Both the position numbers and the translations under genes were made by a program. A stretch of 20,000 bases of DNA. It comes from an uncultured virus (IMG/VR IMGVR_UViG_3300026154_000024). Taxonomy: Duplodnaviria > Heunggongvirae > Uroviricota > Caudoviricetes. The stretch lies in IMG/VR virus record IMGVR_UViG_3300026154_000024; one strand, written 5' to 3'. The notes below the pieces were generated by a model. It ran no database searches. It saw nothing but the letters and a program-made list of their open reading frames with translations, and was not told where the DNA came from. Of the stretch, positions 1 to 7,145 are shown in pieces. Numbering within the stretch: the stretch's first letter is position 1; the number at the start of each line of letters is the position of its first letter.

Positions 1-29
1 TGTCAATGGCTCATGACTTCCATCTATCC
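1..29 (-). promoter_or_regulatory. Promoter-proximal leader hairpin motif GGATAG-AT-GGAAGTCATGAGCC-AT-TGACA (copy 1, truncated by window edge)
   Basis: Reverse complement of 8-21 is GGAAGTCATGAGCC, identical to 13803-13816. It is flanked by GGATAG and GACA as in copy 2 and lies just downstream of a TAACTTTG promoter. Confidence 0.7.
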
Positions 30-36
30 TACGATG

Positions 37-67
37 CAAAGTTACTTATTCTTTTTCATATTTCAAA
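37..67 (-). promoter_or_regulatory. Bacteroidota sigma-A type promoter (-33 TTTG / -7 TAACTTTG)
   Basis: Minus strand: TTTG at 67-64, 19 bp spacer, TAACTTTG at 44-37. Matches the TTTG-N19-21-TAnnTTTG consensus. Confidence 0.75.
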
Positions 68-87
68 ATATTTGTTGTTATATATTG

Positions 88-381
88 TTAAAACGGTAAT
101 CTACCGAAACTTACCAACGGCCAACGGAAATGTTTGTTGATGTGTACCCATAGACACCCGAAAAGTAGATATGTGTACCACGATTGGCCGTTAAATCCGC
201 CAAAACCGCATTTTCTTAGCACCTTTGCCATACATTTCAAGTTTTTTCTTGTTACGCTTTTGATTTGCCTTGTAACGCCGTGTTTGTTCACATGGCTTGG
301 AAGGCCAAAGACATGTGCAATATCCGTTTGCATCGGGCTTGCGCCGCCAAAACTTACAATCCGAACATGGCATAGTGCCAT
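88..381 (-). CDS. Hypothetical phage protein (97 aa)
   Basis: ORF 88..402. The ATG at 381 lies 2 nt after the stop of the upstream gene (384), giving tight operon tiling. Confidence 0.55.
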   Translation of the reverse strand: MALCHVRIVSFGGASPMQTDIAHVFGLPSHVNKHGVTRQIKSVTRKNLKCMAKVLRKCGFGGFNGQSWYTYLLFGCLWVHINKHFRWPLVSFGRLPF

Positions 382-383
382 AA

Positions 384-566
384 TTATAATATTGCCATCC
401 AAGCATTATATACGTTCTCAAACTCGCTTTCATTCACCGACCAAACGGCATTCTCGAAATAAACGAGAAATTTTCCGCTTTTAGGGCGCGATACCGCAAC
501 GACGCGACGCAAATCAACCGTCGTTTTGATACCCATGTAATCAAATTCAATCTTATACTTTTTCAT
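384..566 (-). CDS. Hypothetical phage protein (60 aa)
   Basis: ATG with A-rich upstream context; tiles with neighbours on the minus strand. Confidence 0.7.
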   Translation of the reverse strand: MKKYKIEFDYMGIKTTVDLRRVVAVSRPKSGKFLVYFENAVWSVNESEFENVYNAWMAIL

Positions 567-586
567 GTCTATATAGTTTTATTTGT

Positions 587-682
587 TCTGGCGCTTTCTG
601 AACCGCCTACAAGCCCAATCCGTAGCAAAGTAGTATAATGACACCACAGGAATATAGAAAGCGGCCAGACGTGTCTTAAAAT
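587..682. repeat. Intergenic imperfect palindromic element, divergent family member A
   Basis: TCTGGCGCTTTCT (587-599) is an inverted repeat of AGAAAGCGGCCAGA (656-669). It shares CCTACAAG and the terminal CTTAAAAT with the element at 2099-2199. Confidence 0.45.
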
Positions 683-1272
683 TAGTATTTCTTGCCATGT
701 TTCTTTGGTCTTGTTTCGTTATATTCCATTTTTAGTTCGATATGGCGTATAAAGTCCACATTCATGTCCTCGGCCATAGCAAAAAGAAATAACAGTGCCG
801 CACCGATAATATCGGGTAGGCTTTTGCCGCTACCGTCATCCGTCACGCTTGCGCCGTCGGCATGGCAAAGGATAGCGGAAAGGACGAATGCACGTTCACA
901 AAAAGAGTGCCGTTGATAGTTCTTTCGGAAATCCTTAAAGAGTTCGCGGCACGATTCGAAGCGGTCGGTAGGTGTGATGTTCAATGTTCCGCAAAGGTCG
1001 AAAAGGCGAATGGCTACGTCGGCCATTTCATCCTCAACGCTATCCTTCACATAGTTCTTGAAACGGTCATTGTACGTCAAGCCCTTGCAAATTTCAAAAC
1101 CGTGCAAATAGGCATGTAGGTTACGACGGTCGGCCTCGACGGCCTCGCCTATCTCCGACAGCACCAGCATCATCATGTGCTCGACGGTCAACATCTTTTC
1201 GTGAAATCCGTGCTTAACGGCAATATCGTATGCACGGGCAATGAAATCCTTTGTTTGTTCCTTTGTAATCAT
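682..1272 (-). CDS. MazG-like nucleotide pyrophosphohydrolase (all-alpha NTP-PPase fold)
   Basis: Motifs LVLSEIGEAVEADR ... VEDEMADVAIRLFDL ... KMEYNETRPKKHGKKY match the ExxE...ExxD signature of phage MazG-like proteins. Confidence 0.8.
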   Translation of the reverse strand: MITKEQTKDFIARAYDIAVKHGFHEKMLTVEHMMMLVLSEIGEAVEADRRNLHAYLHGFEICKGLTYNDRFKNYVKDSVEDEMADVAIRLFDLCGTLNITPTDRFESCRELFKDFRKNYQRHSFCERAFVLSAILCHADGASVTDDGSGKSLPDIIGAALLFLFAMAEDMNVDFIRHIELKMEYNETRPKKHGKKY

Positions 1273-1285
1273 AAAATATAAAATA

Positions 1286-1753
1286 TTAGTTTTGTGAATT
1301 TATAGTAACTACGGTTTCGGTTTTCGGATGGTGTTGCACCCAATAGACACCGTGCTTCTTTTTCAACGATTTTTTGAGTTTACGCGGTATGCGACGAGTA
1401 ACACGCAAGCGTTCCGAAATTTTTGCATTGGGGATTATAAGTTCATTTCCGCGTCTATCTTGCACCTTAACGTCAAAAACTGGGCTTGCATCAAACAAAT
1501 CGGTCAAGAAACCGTCATCTTTCGTCTTTTCGATGTCAATATCAATGGAAACATTAACGTCCCAATGGCGCGTGAAACGTGGCAATTCGTTTTTGTGGCC
1601 GTAAATTCTCGAAATCCGCAACCTCGAACTGCAAGTCAGGCACATTGCCATCCGAGATTGATGTCTTTGCTTGCAAAAACGACGCACCAAAGAAAATAAC
1701 TGGCTTTTATCCCACTTGATTTCATCCACTAACTTAGAAACCACATTTGCCAT
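1286..1753 (-). CDS. Hypothetical basic phage protein (155 aa)
   Basis: ORF 1286..1834. ATG at 1753 (MANVVSK) is preferred for its A-rich context and its position downstream of the promoter at 1839-1846. Confidence 0.65.
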   Translation of the reverse strand: MANVVSKLVDEIKWDKSQLFSLVRRFCKQRHQSRMAMCLTCSSRLRISRIYGHKNELPRFTRHWDVNVSIDIDIEKTKDDGFLTDLFDASPVFDVKVQDRRGNELIIPNAKISERLRVTRRIPRKLKKSLKKKHGVYWVQHHPKTETVVTINSQN

Positions 1754-1838
1754 AAATAACTTTCTTTTATTTATATAAGTAACTATTTTAATTGGTATTC
1801 CATGTATATAGATAACCATAATAACACGAAACACGGCG

Positions 1839-1872
1839 CAAAGATAAATATATTATTTTGAATAATTGCAAA
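1839..1872 (-). promoter_or_regulatory. Leftward Bacteroidota-type promoter (-7 TATCTTTG)
   Basis: CAAAGATA at 1839-1846 is TATCTTTG on the minus strand; TTTG at 1872-1869 (22 bp spacer). Confidence 0.65.
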
Positions 1873-2098
1873 ACAAATCCATATTTAACACTACTTTAAC
1901 ATAATAAGGGTAACTTATTAAAAATAGTAAATACTATATATAAAGATTACTATATATAATATAAGTAACTATATATATAAAGTAAACTATATGTAATATC
2001 GCTTACCATATTTTCGTATAATGGTAAACTATATATTATCCAACACACACAAAACATACTTTTTTAAAGACCTTTGGCAACCAAATACTAAATAATTT

Positions 2099-2199
2099 GA
2101 TTTAAGCCGCTTTTTAAGCCCTACAAGGCACTTTTATACCATAAGTGGACTAATTACCCACCGACATAAAAACAACGCCTTAAAACGGCCTTAAAATCG
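2099..2199. repeat. Intergenic imperfect palindromic element, family member B
   Basis: TTTAAGCC arms versus GGCCTTAAAA, with central GTGGACTAATTACCCACC. Shares exact 14, 12 and 11 bp blocks with 12615-12699. Confidence 0.7.
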
Positions 2200-2301
2200 T
2201 TTTTTTCAAAATTTTCGAATTTTTCTTTTTTAAAAAATTTTTTTCAGAAATAAGGTGTTTGCACCACACAATACTTTGGCCGTTTTACCCCCCCCTCCCC
2301 C
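2200..2301. other. A/T-tract region plus C8-T-C5 homopolymer; candidate genome terminus or packaging (cos/pac) site
   Basis: CCCCCCCCTCCCCC at 2288-2301, next to T/A tracts at 2200-2250, inside the long non-coding gap between divergent transcription units. Confidence 0.35.
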
Positions 2302-2600
2302 TATAAAATTGCGTAAATCGTTGAAAATCAAGCCGTTATGATTTTGAAACGTTCATTTTATTACCATACGATGTATAAATTCTATCTTTTCCCGCTGTAA
2401 CACATTGAATGAGATTACAATACACAAAATACTCGAATGAAATTTTTGGCACAAAACAAAGTATATTTTTATATATATTTTGCGTTCTATATAATCATAC
2501 CGTGAAAGCAAAAGAAAAGGTCTATAAAAGAAAATATAATATAAATATAAATATAATATATATATATATAATATAAGAAAAAGAAAAAAGAAAAAGAAAA

Positions 2601-2616
2601 TGTTTCACGTGGAACA
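2601..2616. promoter_or_regulatory. parS: Chromosomal-type parS site
   Basis: TGTTTCACGTGGAACA; its reverse complement TGTTCCACGTGAAACA fits the bacterial parS consensus TGTTNCACGTGAAACA. Confidence 0.8.
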
Positions 2617-2662
2617 TATATTAAGTGTATTATTTACATTTAATGTTTCACGCTTATTTAGA

Positions 2663-2976
2663 ATTGTGTGCGTACACAAATCGTTTTGTTTTTCCTTTTG
2701 TATAATTACGCCAAACAACTTGGGAAAGCACGGCAGCGGGCTTGTAAGTAGCGTTCTCGGCAATATTTTATTTTGTCTATAATTACGCTCGTATCATATA
2801 TTATATAAAAAAGACCATGTTAAAATGTTTAAGTTAAAAAGTATTTAGAAATTACAATGTTTTTGTATTGTGTGCGTACACATGTAAAAAAGTATTTCAT
2901 TTTGGGCTTTCAAGTGTAAACAAATCTTTAATCATCATGTTAATAAACATTTATTTTGTTATTGTGTTCGCACACA
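2663..2976. promoter_or_regulatory. Three palindromic operator-like boxes, TGTGTNCGNACACA
   Basis: ATTGTGTGCGTACACA at 2663-2678 and 2867-2882, and ATTGTGTTCGCACACA at 2961-2976, all upstream of the rightward promoter. Confidence 0.65.
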
Positions 2977-3031
2977 AAGTTAAAAGTGTTTCATTTCGTT
3001 AAAAACATTTTTTTATATCAATTTTTCGACG

Positions 3032-3039
3032 TATCTTTG
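3032..3039 (+). promoter_or_regulatory. Rightward (probable early) promoter, -7 TATCTTTG
   Basis: TATCTTTGCA at the end of the AT-rich region. No clear -33 TTTG. Predicted start near 3044. Confidence 0.7.
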
Positions 3040-3043
3040 CATC

Positions 3044-3332
3044 GTGTTAAGATAGAACGGCATCGAACATAGCGCAGAAACTTAACACCGAGCGCGGAGG
3101 CAGCACCTCGTTAGGGAGGGAGCGATAAGCGATGCCGAAGCCAACGTCAGCAGGTTTACTTGTTTTTCCTGCAAAACGACTCGGGCAACAGCGAAGTGGG
3201 ATAGATAGCTGACCAAACAGAAAACATTGATTCGTTTTTTTGTTTTGTATAGTATATAAACGGACACAATGAAAGTGATAGGGCAGACCTTCATTCGTTC
3301 AGGCTGGTGAGTTTTGCGACGTTCTATCCAGC
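3044..3332 (+). ncRNA. Candidate large structured RNA / 5' leader with multiple pseudoknots
   Basis: GC-richer island with no credible ORF. Complementary pairs: 3044-51/3081-88, 3051-59/3320-28, 3058-65/3130-37, 3088-92/3180-84, 3097-3100/3106-09, 3146-51/3208-13, 3150-54/3168-72, 3215-25/3234-45, 3268-73/3290-95, 3303-07/3328-32. Confidence 0.65.
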
Positions 3333-3374
3333 ACTATTCATTCATGTTTAATTTAATTAATAGGAGATTTTACT

Positions 3375-4718
3375 ATGATTACTGTTAAGAATTTAACAAC
3401 TGGCGAGACGATTCAAGTGCGCGACGTAAAGTTGGAAAACGGCAAAATTATTGCCACATGGCAGCGCCCCGAGCCTGGTCAGCGCTTTATGGCTGCAAAT
3501 GTGGCCGTAGTTAAAACTGAAGAGACCGTACATGATGACGAGCACAATGTTGAGCGCCGCGTTTTGGCACTGGCCGACGGTTATGAGATTATTGAAAAGG
3601 CTGAGCGCCAGCCGAAGGCAAAGAAGGACGAGCCGAAGGCCGAGTCACAGCCGACAACGGACGAACAGCCCGCAGCGGTTGAGGTAGTAACTAAGAACGA
3701 GCCACAGCCACAAGCAACAAAGGCGAAGTCGGTTGAAGAATACGAGGCAGAAATCGCTGACACTTATGGGAGCATGGGTGTCGGCATCTTCAAAAGGGCT
3801 GTCGAATACGTTCAGGCAAACTACACCGCCGCCCTGGACGAAACGGCAGTACGCCGCATCGCGTCGGCTATATTTGCGGAATACGCCGAGGCACAGCCTG
3901 AGAAAATGAAGGCGGCCAAAAAGGCTGCAAAGAAGACGCGGAAGGGCGACAAGAAGAATGAAGTCTATTGTGCTAAATTCCAGCGCATCGTGGCAAAGGT
4001 CAGTCGTGGTAATAACGTGTATCTTTATGGCCCAGCGGGTAGTGGAAAATCACACACTGCCGAGCAGGTGGCCGAGGCTCTTGGCATTGATTTTTACGGC
4101 CAAACTACAATACAATTCGCGCATGATGTGCGAGGTTACGGCGATGCAGGCGGTAACTTCCAAGATACACCCTTCTTTAAGGCGTTCGCCTTCGGTGGTC
4201 TATATTTCCAAGATGAATATGACCGCTCGAACGCCGAGGCTGCTATCGTGCTAAATAGCGCACTTGCAAATGGCTGGTATGATTTTCCTATTGTTGGCCG
4301 TGTTGAGGCTCATCCTGATTTTCGCTTTATGGCAGCGGGTAATACGCTGATGACGGGCGCAGACGAGGAGTATGTGACAGGCCAGGAAATAGATGCAAGT
4401 AGCCGAGACCGCTTCGCTTATTTCTTCGAGATAGACTACAGTCACGAGGTAGAGATGCGTATTGCACACGGGAACGATAATATTGTTTCTTTCGTCGAGG
4501 ACGTGCGACAGGCTATCAAACAAACTGGTATCAAGCACGTTGTCAGTTACCGTGCTACAGCCGCAATGATAGACGAAGTGGAGAATGAAAACGACCTCGT
4601 CGCTTGTTGTGATGAATCAATATTCAAAGCTCTTGACGTTGACGCTCGTCGCGAAATATACGAACGGCTGAATGACAAATCAAGCGTCTGGGCAAAGGCA
4701 TTGAAGAAGCTCCTTTAA
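3375..4718 (+). CDS. MoxR/CbbQ/NirQ-like (AAA_5) AAA+ ATPase with long N-terminal extension
   Basis: Walker A GPAGSGKS, Walker B YFQDE, sensor-1 MAAGN, arginine-finger region DASSRDRF, and SYRA in the lid. The N-terminal domain is followed by a Pro/Glu/Gln/Lys-rich linker. Confidence 0.88.
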   Translation: MITVKNLTTGETIQVRDVKLENGKIIATWQRPEPGQRFMAANVAVVKTEETVHDDEHNVERRVLALADGYEIIEKAERQPKAKKDEPKAESQPTTDEQPAAVEVVTKNEPQPQATKAKSVEEYEAEIADTYGSMGVGIFKRAVEYVQANYTAALDETAVRRIASAIFAEYAEAQPEKMKAAKKAAKKTRKGDKKNEVYCAKFQRIVAKVSRGNNVYLYGPAGSGKSHTAEQVAEALGIDFYGQTTIQFAHDVRGYGDAGGNFQDTPFFKAFAFGGLYFQDEYDRSNAEAAIVLNSALANGWYDFPIVGRVEAHPDFRFMAAGNTLMTGADEEYVTGQEIDASSRDRFAYFFEIDYSHEVEMRIAHGNDNIVSFVEDVRQAIKQTGIKHVVSYRATAAMIDEVENENDLVACCDESIFKALDVDARREIYERLNDKSSVWAKALKKLL

Positions 4719-4729
4719 CACAATACAAC

Positions 4730-4758
4730 GGATGGCTCGTACACGTTGCGGGCTGTCC
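4730..4758 (+). other. Intergenic RNA hairpin (12 bp including G-U pairs)
   Basis: GGATGGCTCGTA-cacgt-TGCGGGCTGTCC. The G-U pairs only work on the + strand transcript. No strong U-tract. Confidence 0.55.
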
Positions 4759-4780
4759 TATTTAGCAACAATACAGAATC

Positions 4781-5590
4781 ATGAAAACAAAAGGGATATT
4801 CAAGCGGTACGAAACGCTGAAAGCGTTCAACGACTATCTAAACGCTGGCACGACGCAACCAGCTTTCAATAACCATTCTCACACGAATTGCGAACGATTC
4901 ACAGGCACAGAATCATACGAAGAGGCCGAGCAGAAAATGATGCGAGGGGACAGCGATTTGCAAAAGAAAATAGAAGATACTGGCGTTGCTCAGACCCGTA
5001 TCAAGGTACAGAAACAGGTGCAACGGAGACAAACCTACAGTAGTGTTGTCGGCGCAATGCCTAACGTGCCCGCCTATATAAGCGGTGCACCAAATAGCAT
5101 GGTTGCCCAGCGGCTGGTTAAGACAAAGAAAAAATTTTTGAATATCGGTTACAGCATGACGGCTGGCAAAGGAGTCGATAAAGACGAAATAATTAAAGCA
5201 TCTGCAAAGATAGTCTCAGCGATATTGAATATAGAGGCGACTGGTGTACGTGTCAATCTTTATTCTTTATTCTGTGCAAAAAGTGGCAAAAAACTCATCG
5301 GGTTGTCACTAAAGATTAAGGACGCGAGCAGGAAAATTGATACATTAAGAATGTCGTACCCGTTGGCTCATTCATCATTCCTTCGCCGTCAGTGCTTCCG
5401 CTGGGAGGAGGTTACGGAAAATATTCCTGAATGTTACGCGCGCGGATACGGATATGTGCCCAAATCAAAAGAGCAGGCAGATTTTTTCAAGCGCAACGGG
5501 CTGAAATTCGACAAGGTTCTGACGTTTGAAGATATTCAATACATGAACGTTGACGATATAATTAAGATGATGACAGGGGCTGCAAAGTAA
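4781..5590 (+). CDS. vWA-like partner of the MoxR-type ATPase (DUF7192-like, degenerate MIDAS)
   Basis: VGAMPNVPAYISGAPNSM ... HSSFLRR motifs and a beta/alpha pattern typical of phage proteins encoded directly after MoxR-type ATPases. Confidence 0.65.
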   Translation: MKTKGIFKRYETLKAFNDYLNAGTTQPAFNNHSHTNCERFTGTESYEEAEQKMMRGDSDLQKKIEDTGVAQTRIKVQKQVQRRQTYSSVVGAMPNVPAYISGAPNSMVAQRLVKTKKKFLNIGYSMTAGKGVDKDEIIKASAKIVSAILNIEATGVRVNLYSLFCAKSGKKLIGLSLKIKDASRKIDTLRMSYPLAHSSFLRRQCFRWEEVTENIPECYARGYGYVPKSKEQADFFKRNGLKFDKVLTFEDIQYMNVDDIIKMMTGAAK

Positions 5591-5599
5591 CGGCAGCCT

Positions 5600-5677
5600 C
5601 TTTGTTGTTTGGGTGTGGGCGTGTAGGATATTGCAAACGTCTCGACTGTAGCACAACAAAGTGAGCCCGTTGCACCC
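5600..5677 (+). ncRNA. Candidate small structured RNA (three-way junction plus pseudoknot)
   Basis: GGGTGT-GGGC (5611-20) pairs with GCCC (5665-68) and GCACCC (5672-77). The inner CAC/GTG hairpin loop region CAACAAAG (5654-61) is complementary to CTTTGTTG (5600-07). Confidence 0.4.
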
Positions 5678-5683
5678 TCAAAT

Positions 5684-5770
5684 GATTTTAATCCGTTTTA
5701 AGCGTGTTTTTTCTTTGTGCCTTTGTAGTTGTTCACTGGCACAATAAAAGCGCGCAGCGGCCTTAAAAAT
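5684..5770. repeat. Intergenic imperfect palindromic element, family member D
   Basis: GATTTTAATCCGTTTTAAGCGTGTTTTT resembles the reverse complement of member B. Inner arms TTGTGCC (5715-21) / GGCACAA (5738-44); ends CGGCCTTAAAA. Confidence 0.55.
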
Positions 5771-5808
5771 AGGCAAATTTAGGTATTTTCACAAAATATT
5801 AAAACGTT

Positions 5809-6150
5809 ATGAAAACAAAAAATATTGATTTAGAGGTTTATGTCGGCCTGAGTATCAAGGTCGGCAACGTGTATGGGGTATGTGATGAGGTTTGCGGGGA
5901 CAGGCTCGTTTTTGTTTGGTCTGGCAAAGATAGTTGGACGGGGCAGCTGGTTGACGAAAATGACGTGACTATCTGCGACAATGAAGACGAGTGCGAGCGC
6001 GGCCGTTTGTCTGCTTTACACTATTTTGAGCGCGAAGCAGAATCTTTGCGGTCACGCATTAAAGCAAAGCTCAAGCAGGACAAGGACAATGCTGAAATGC
6101 TGCAAGAAATGCTCGCGCACTGTATGCGGTGGCTCAGTCGTTTGTCTTAA
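5809..6150 (+). CDS. Hypothetical early protein (113 aa)
   Basis: ATG with A-rich leader; beta-rich N-terminus and helical C-terminus. Confidence 0.75.
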   Translation: MKTKNIDLEVYVGLSIKVGNVYGVCDEVCGDRLVFVWSGKDSWTGQLVDENDVTICDNEDECERGRLSALHYFEREAESLRSRIKAKLKQDKDNAEMLQEMLAHCMRWLSRLS

Positions 6151-6200
6151 TTGACTTATAAGATATATTGTTTAACGTTTAACGAATAGGAGATTAAATA

Positions 6201-6494
6201 ATGACTATTGCAGAAAAGTATCACAATTTAAAAAACAAAACGATCGAGGAAATGGTTTTAGAGATTGTGGAAGCGTGCGCACAGAAATGCGTAAACGGAC
6301 AAGGTTTAGAGATTTGTTGCGGATGGTGGGACACGGAGAGCAAACCAAAGGCAGATGATTCTCAATGGTTCGACCTTATGGCTGGCGAATGCTACCACGC
6401 TGAAATAAACAAAGTAATGAAAGAGCAAGGTTTCCATGTATACGAGGAAATTGGTGGTGTCCGTCACAGACCAAGAACATATTACAGACTTTAG
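6201..6494 (+). CDS. Hypothetical early protein (97 aa)
   Basis: TAGGAG 8 nt upstream of the ATG; co-directional tiling. Confidence 0.78.
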   Translation: MTIAEKYHNLKNKTIEEMVLEIVEACAQKCVNGQGLEICCGWWDTESKPKADDSQWFDLMAGECYHAEINKVMKEQGFHVYEEIGGVRHRPRTYYRL

Positions 6495-6518
6495 TATTAA
6501 CGAAAACAAATTACAAAT

Positions 6519-6998
6519 ATGACGAAGAAGGAATTTAATCAGCGATTGAGTGAGATGTGCGCTTTTGTAAAGCATCATAAGTATGATGATATGCGCGAAG
6601 AGTTAATTCAGCGCAATATCCGCAATCCGTTCACATACGGGGCATGGTGTGAGCGTAACTTTGAGGCGAACTTGCGAGAAGATTATAAGCGCAAAACTAC
6701 CTACACCAGCGACTTCTCTATCGCAGAGTGGTGTGTACCTATCGAGGGTATGTCTGCTATTGCCAGCACTTTACGCAATGCTTTAACCAACTGGCGGGAT
6801 GATGTAGAGTTCTTTGCCGAGATTATTATTGTACTAAATATGAAGGCTTGGGAGCATGCCGCAAGAGGCAATCGCCAGTATGCTGAAATATATTCCGAGT
6901 TATATCTTGGCGCAAAGTGCTTGTATTTTGACTGGTTCGACAGCGACAATGAACGCCACGAAAAAGCAATGAATTACTATTTCGAATACGTGGATTGA
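6519..6998 (+). CDS. Conserved hypothetical phage protein (alpha-helical, 159 aa)
   Basis: KTTYTSDFSIAE ... EIIIVLNMKAWEH ... YYFEYVD pattern that I recall from gut phage early regions; function unknown. Confidence 0.8.
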   Translation: MTKKEFNQRLSEMCAFVKHHKYDDMREELIQRNIRNPFTYGAWCERNFEANLREDYKRKTTYTSDFSIAEWCVPIEGMSAIASTLRNALTNWRDDVEFFAEIIIVLNMKAWEHAARGNRQYAEIYSELYLGAKCLYFDWFDSDNERHEKAMNYYFEYVD

Positions 6999-7043
6999 TT
7001 TTGGATATTTGACTACCTATAAATTAAATTTAAACGTGTTTCC

Positions 7044-7086
7044 GTGGCCGCTGACGTTATCCGTTTACGTTGGTGGCCACTTTATA
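7044..7086 (+). terminator. Intrinsic terminator-like or processing hairpin
   Basis: 14 bp stem GTGGCCGCTGACGT / ACGTTGGTGGCCAC (3 G-U pairs) followed by TTTATA. Confidence 0.55.
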
Positions 7087-7145
7087 AGGTAGCAAAAAGA
7101 AAACGGCTTAAATCCATTTTATTTAATATATAGGAGGACTTTTTT

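Noticed and set aside
191..433. Alternative minus-strand 80 aa ORF and plus-strand 134-484 ORF
   Set aside because: They overlap the better-tiling 88-381 and 384-566 genes.
2535..2600. (TA)n and GAAAAA runs, also the AT palindrome at ~8058-8079
   Set aside because: Low-complexity sequence whose symmetry arises trivially from TA repeats; no independent support for function.
2600..2782. 60 aa ORF MFHVEH...
   Set aside because: Its start is simply the translation of the parS sequence. It lies in AT-rich regulatory DNA containing an operator box.
3082..3294. 70 aa minus-strand ORF
   Set aside because: Antisense to the promoter-driven structured leader, with no supporting start context or protein-like features.
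3044..3332. Assignment of the leader to tRNA, tmRNA, group I/II intron or hammerhead/twister/pistol ribozyme
   Set aside because: No cloverleaf or T-loop, no CUGAUGA/GAAA core, and only fragmentary resemblance to twister/pistol. Left unclassified.
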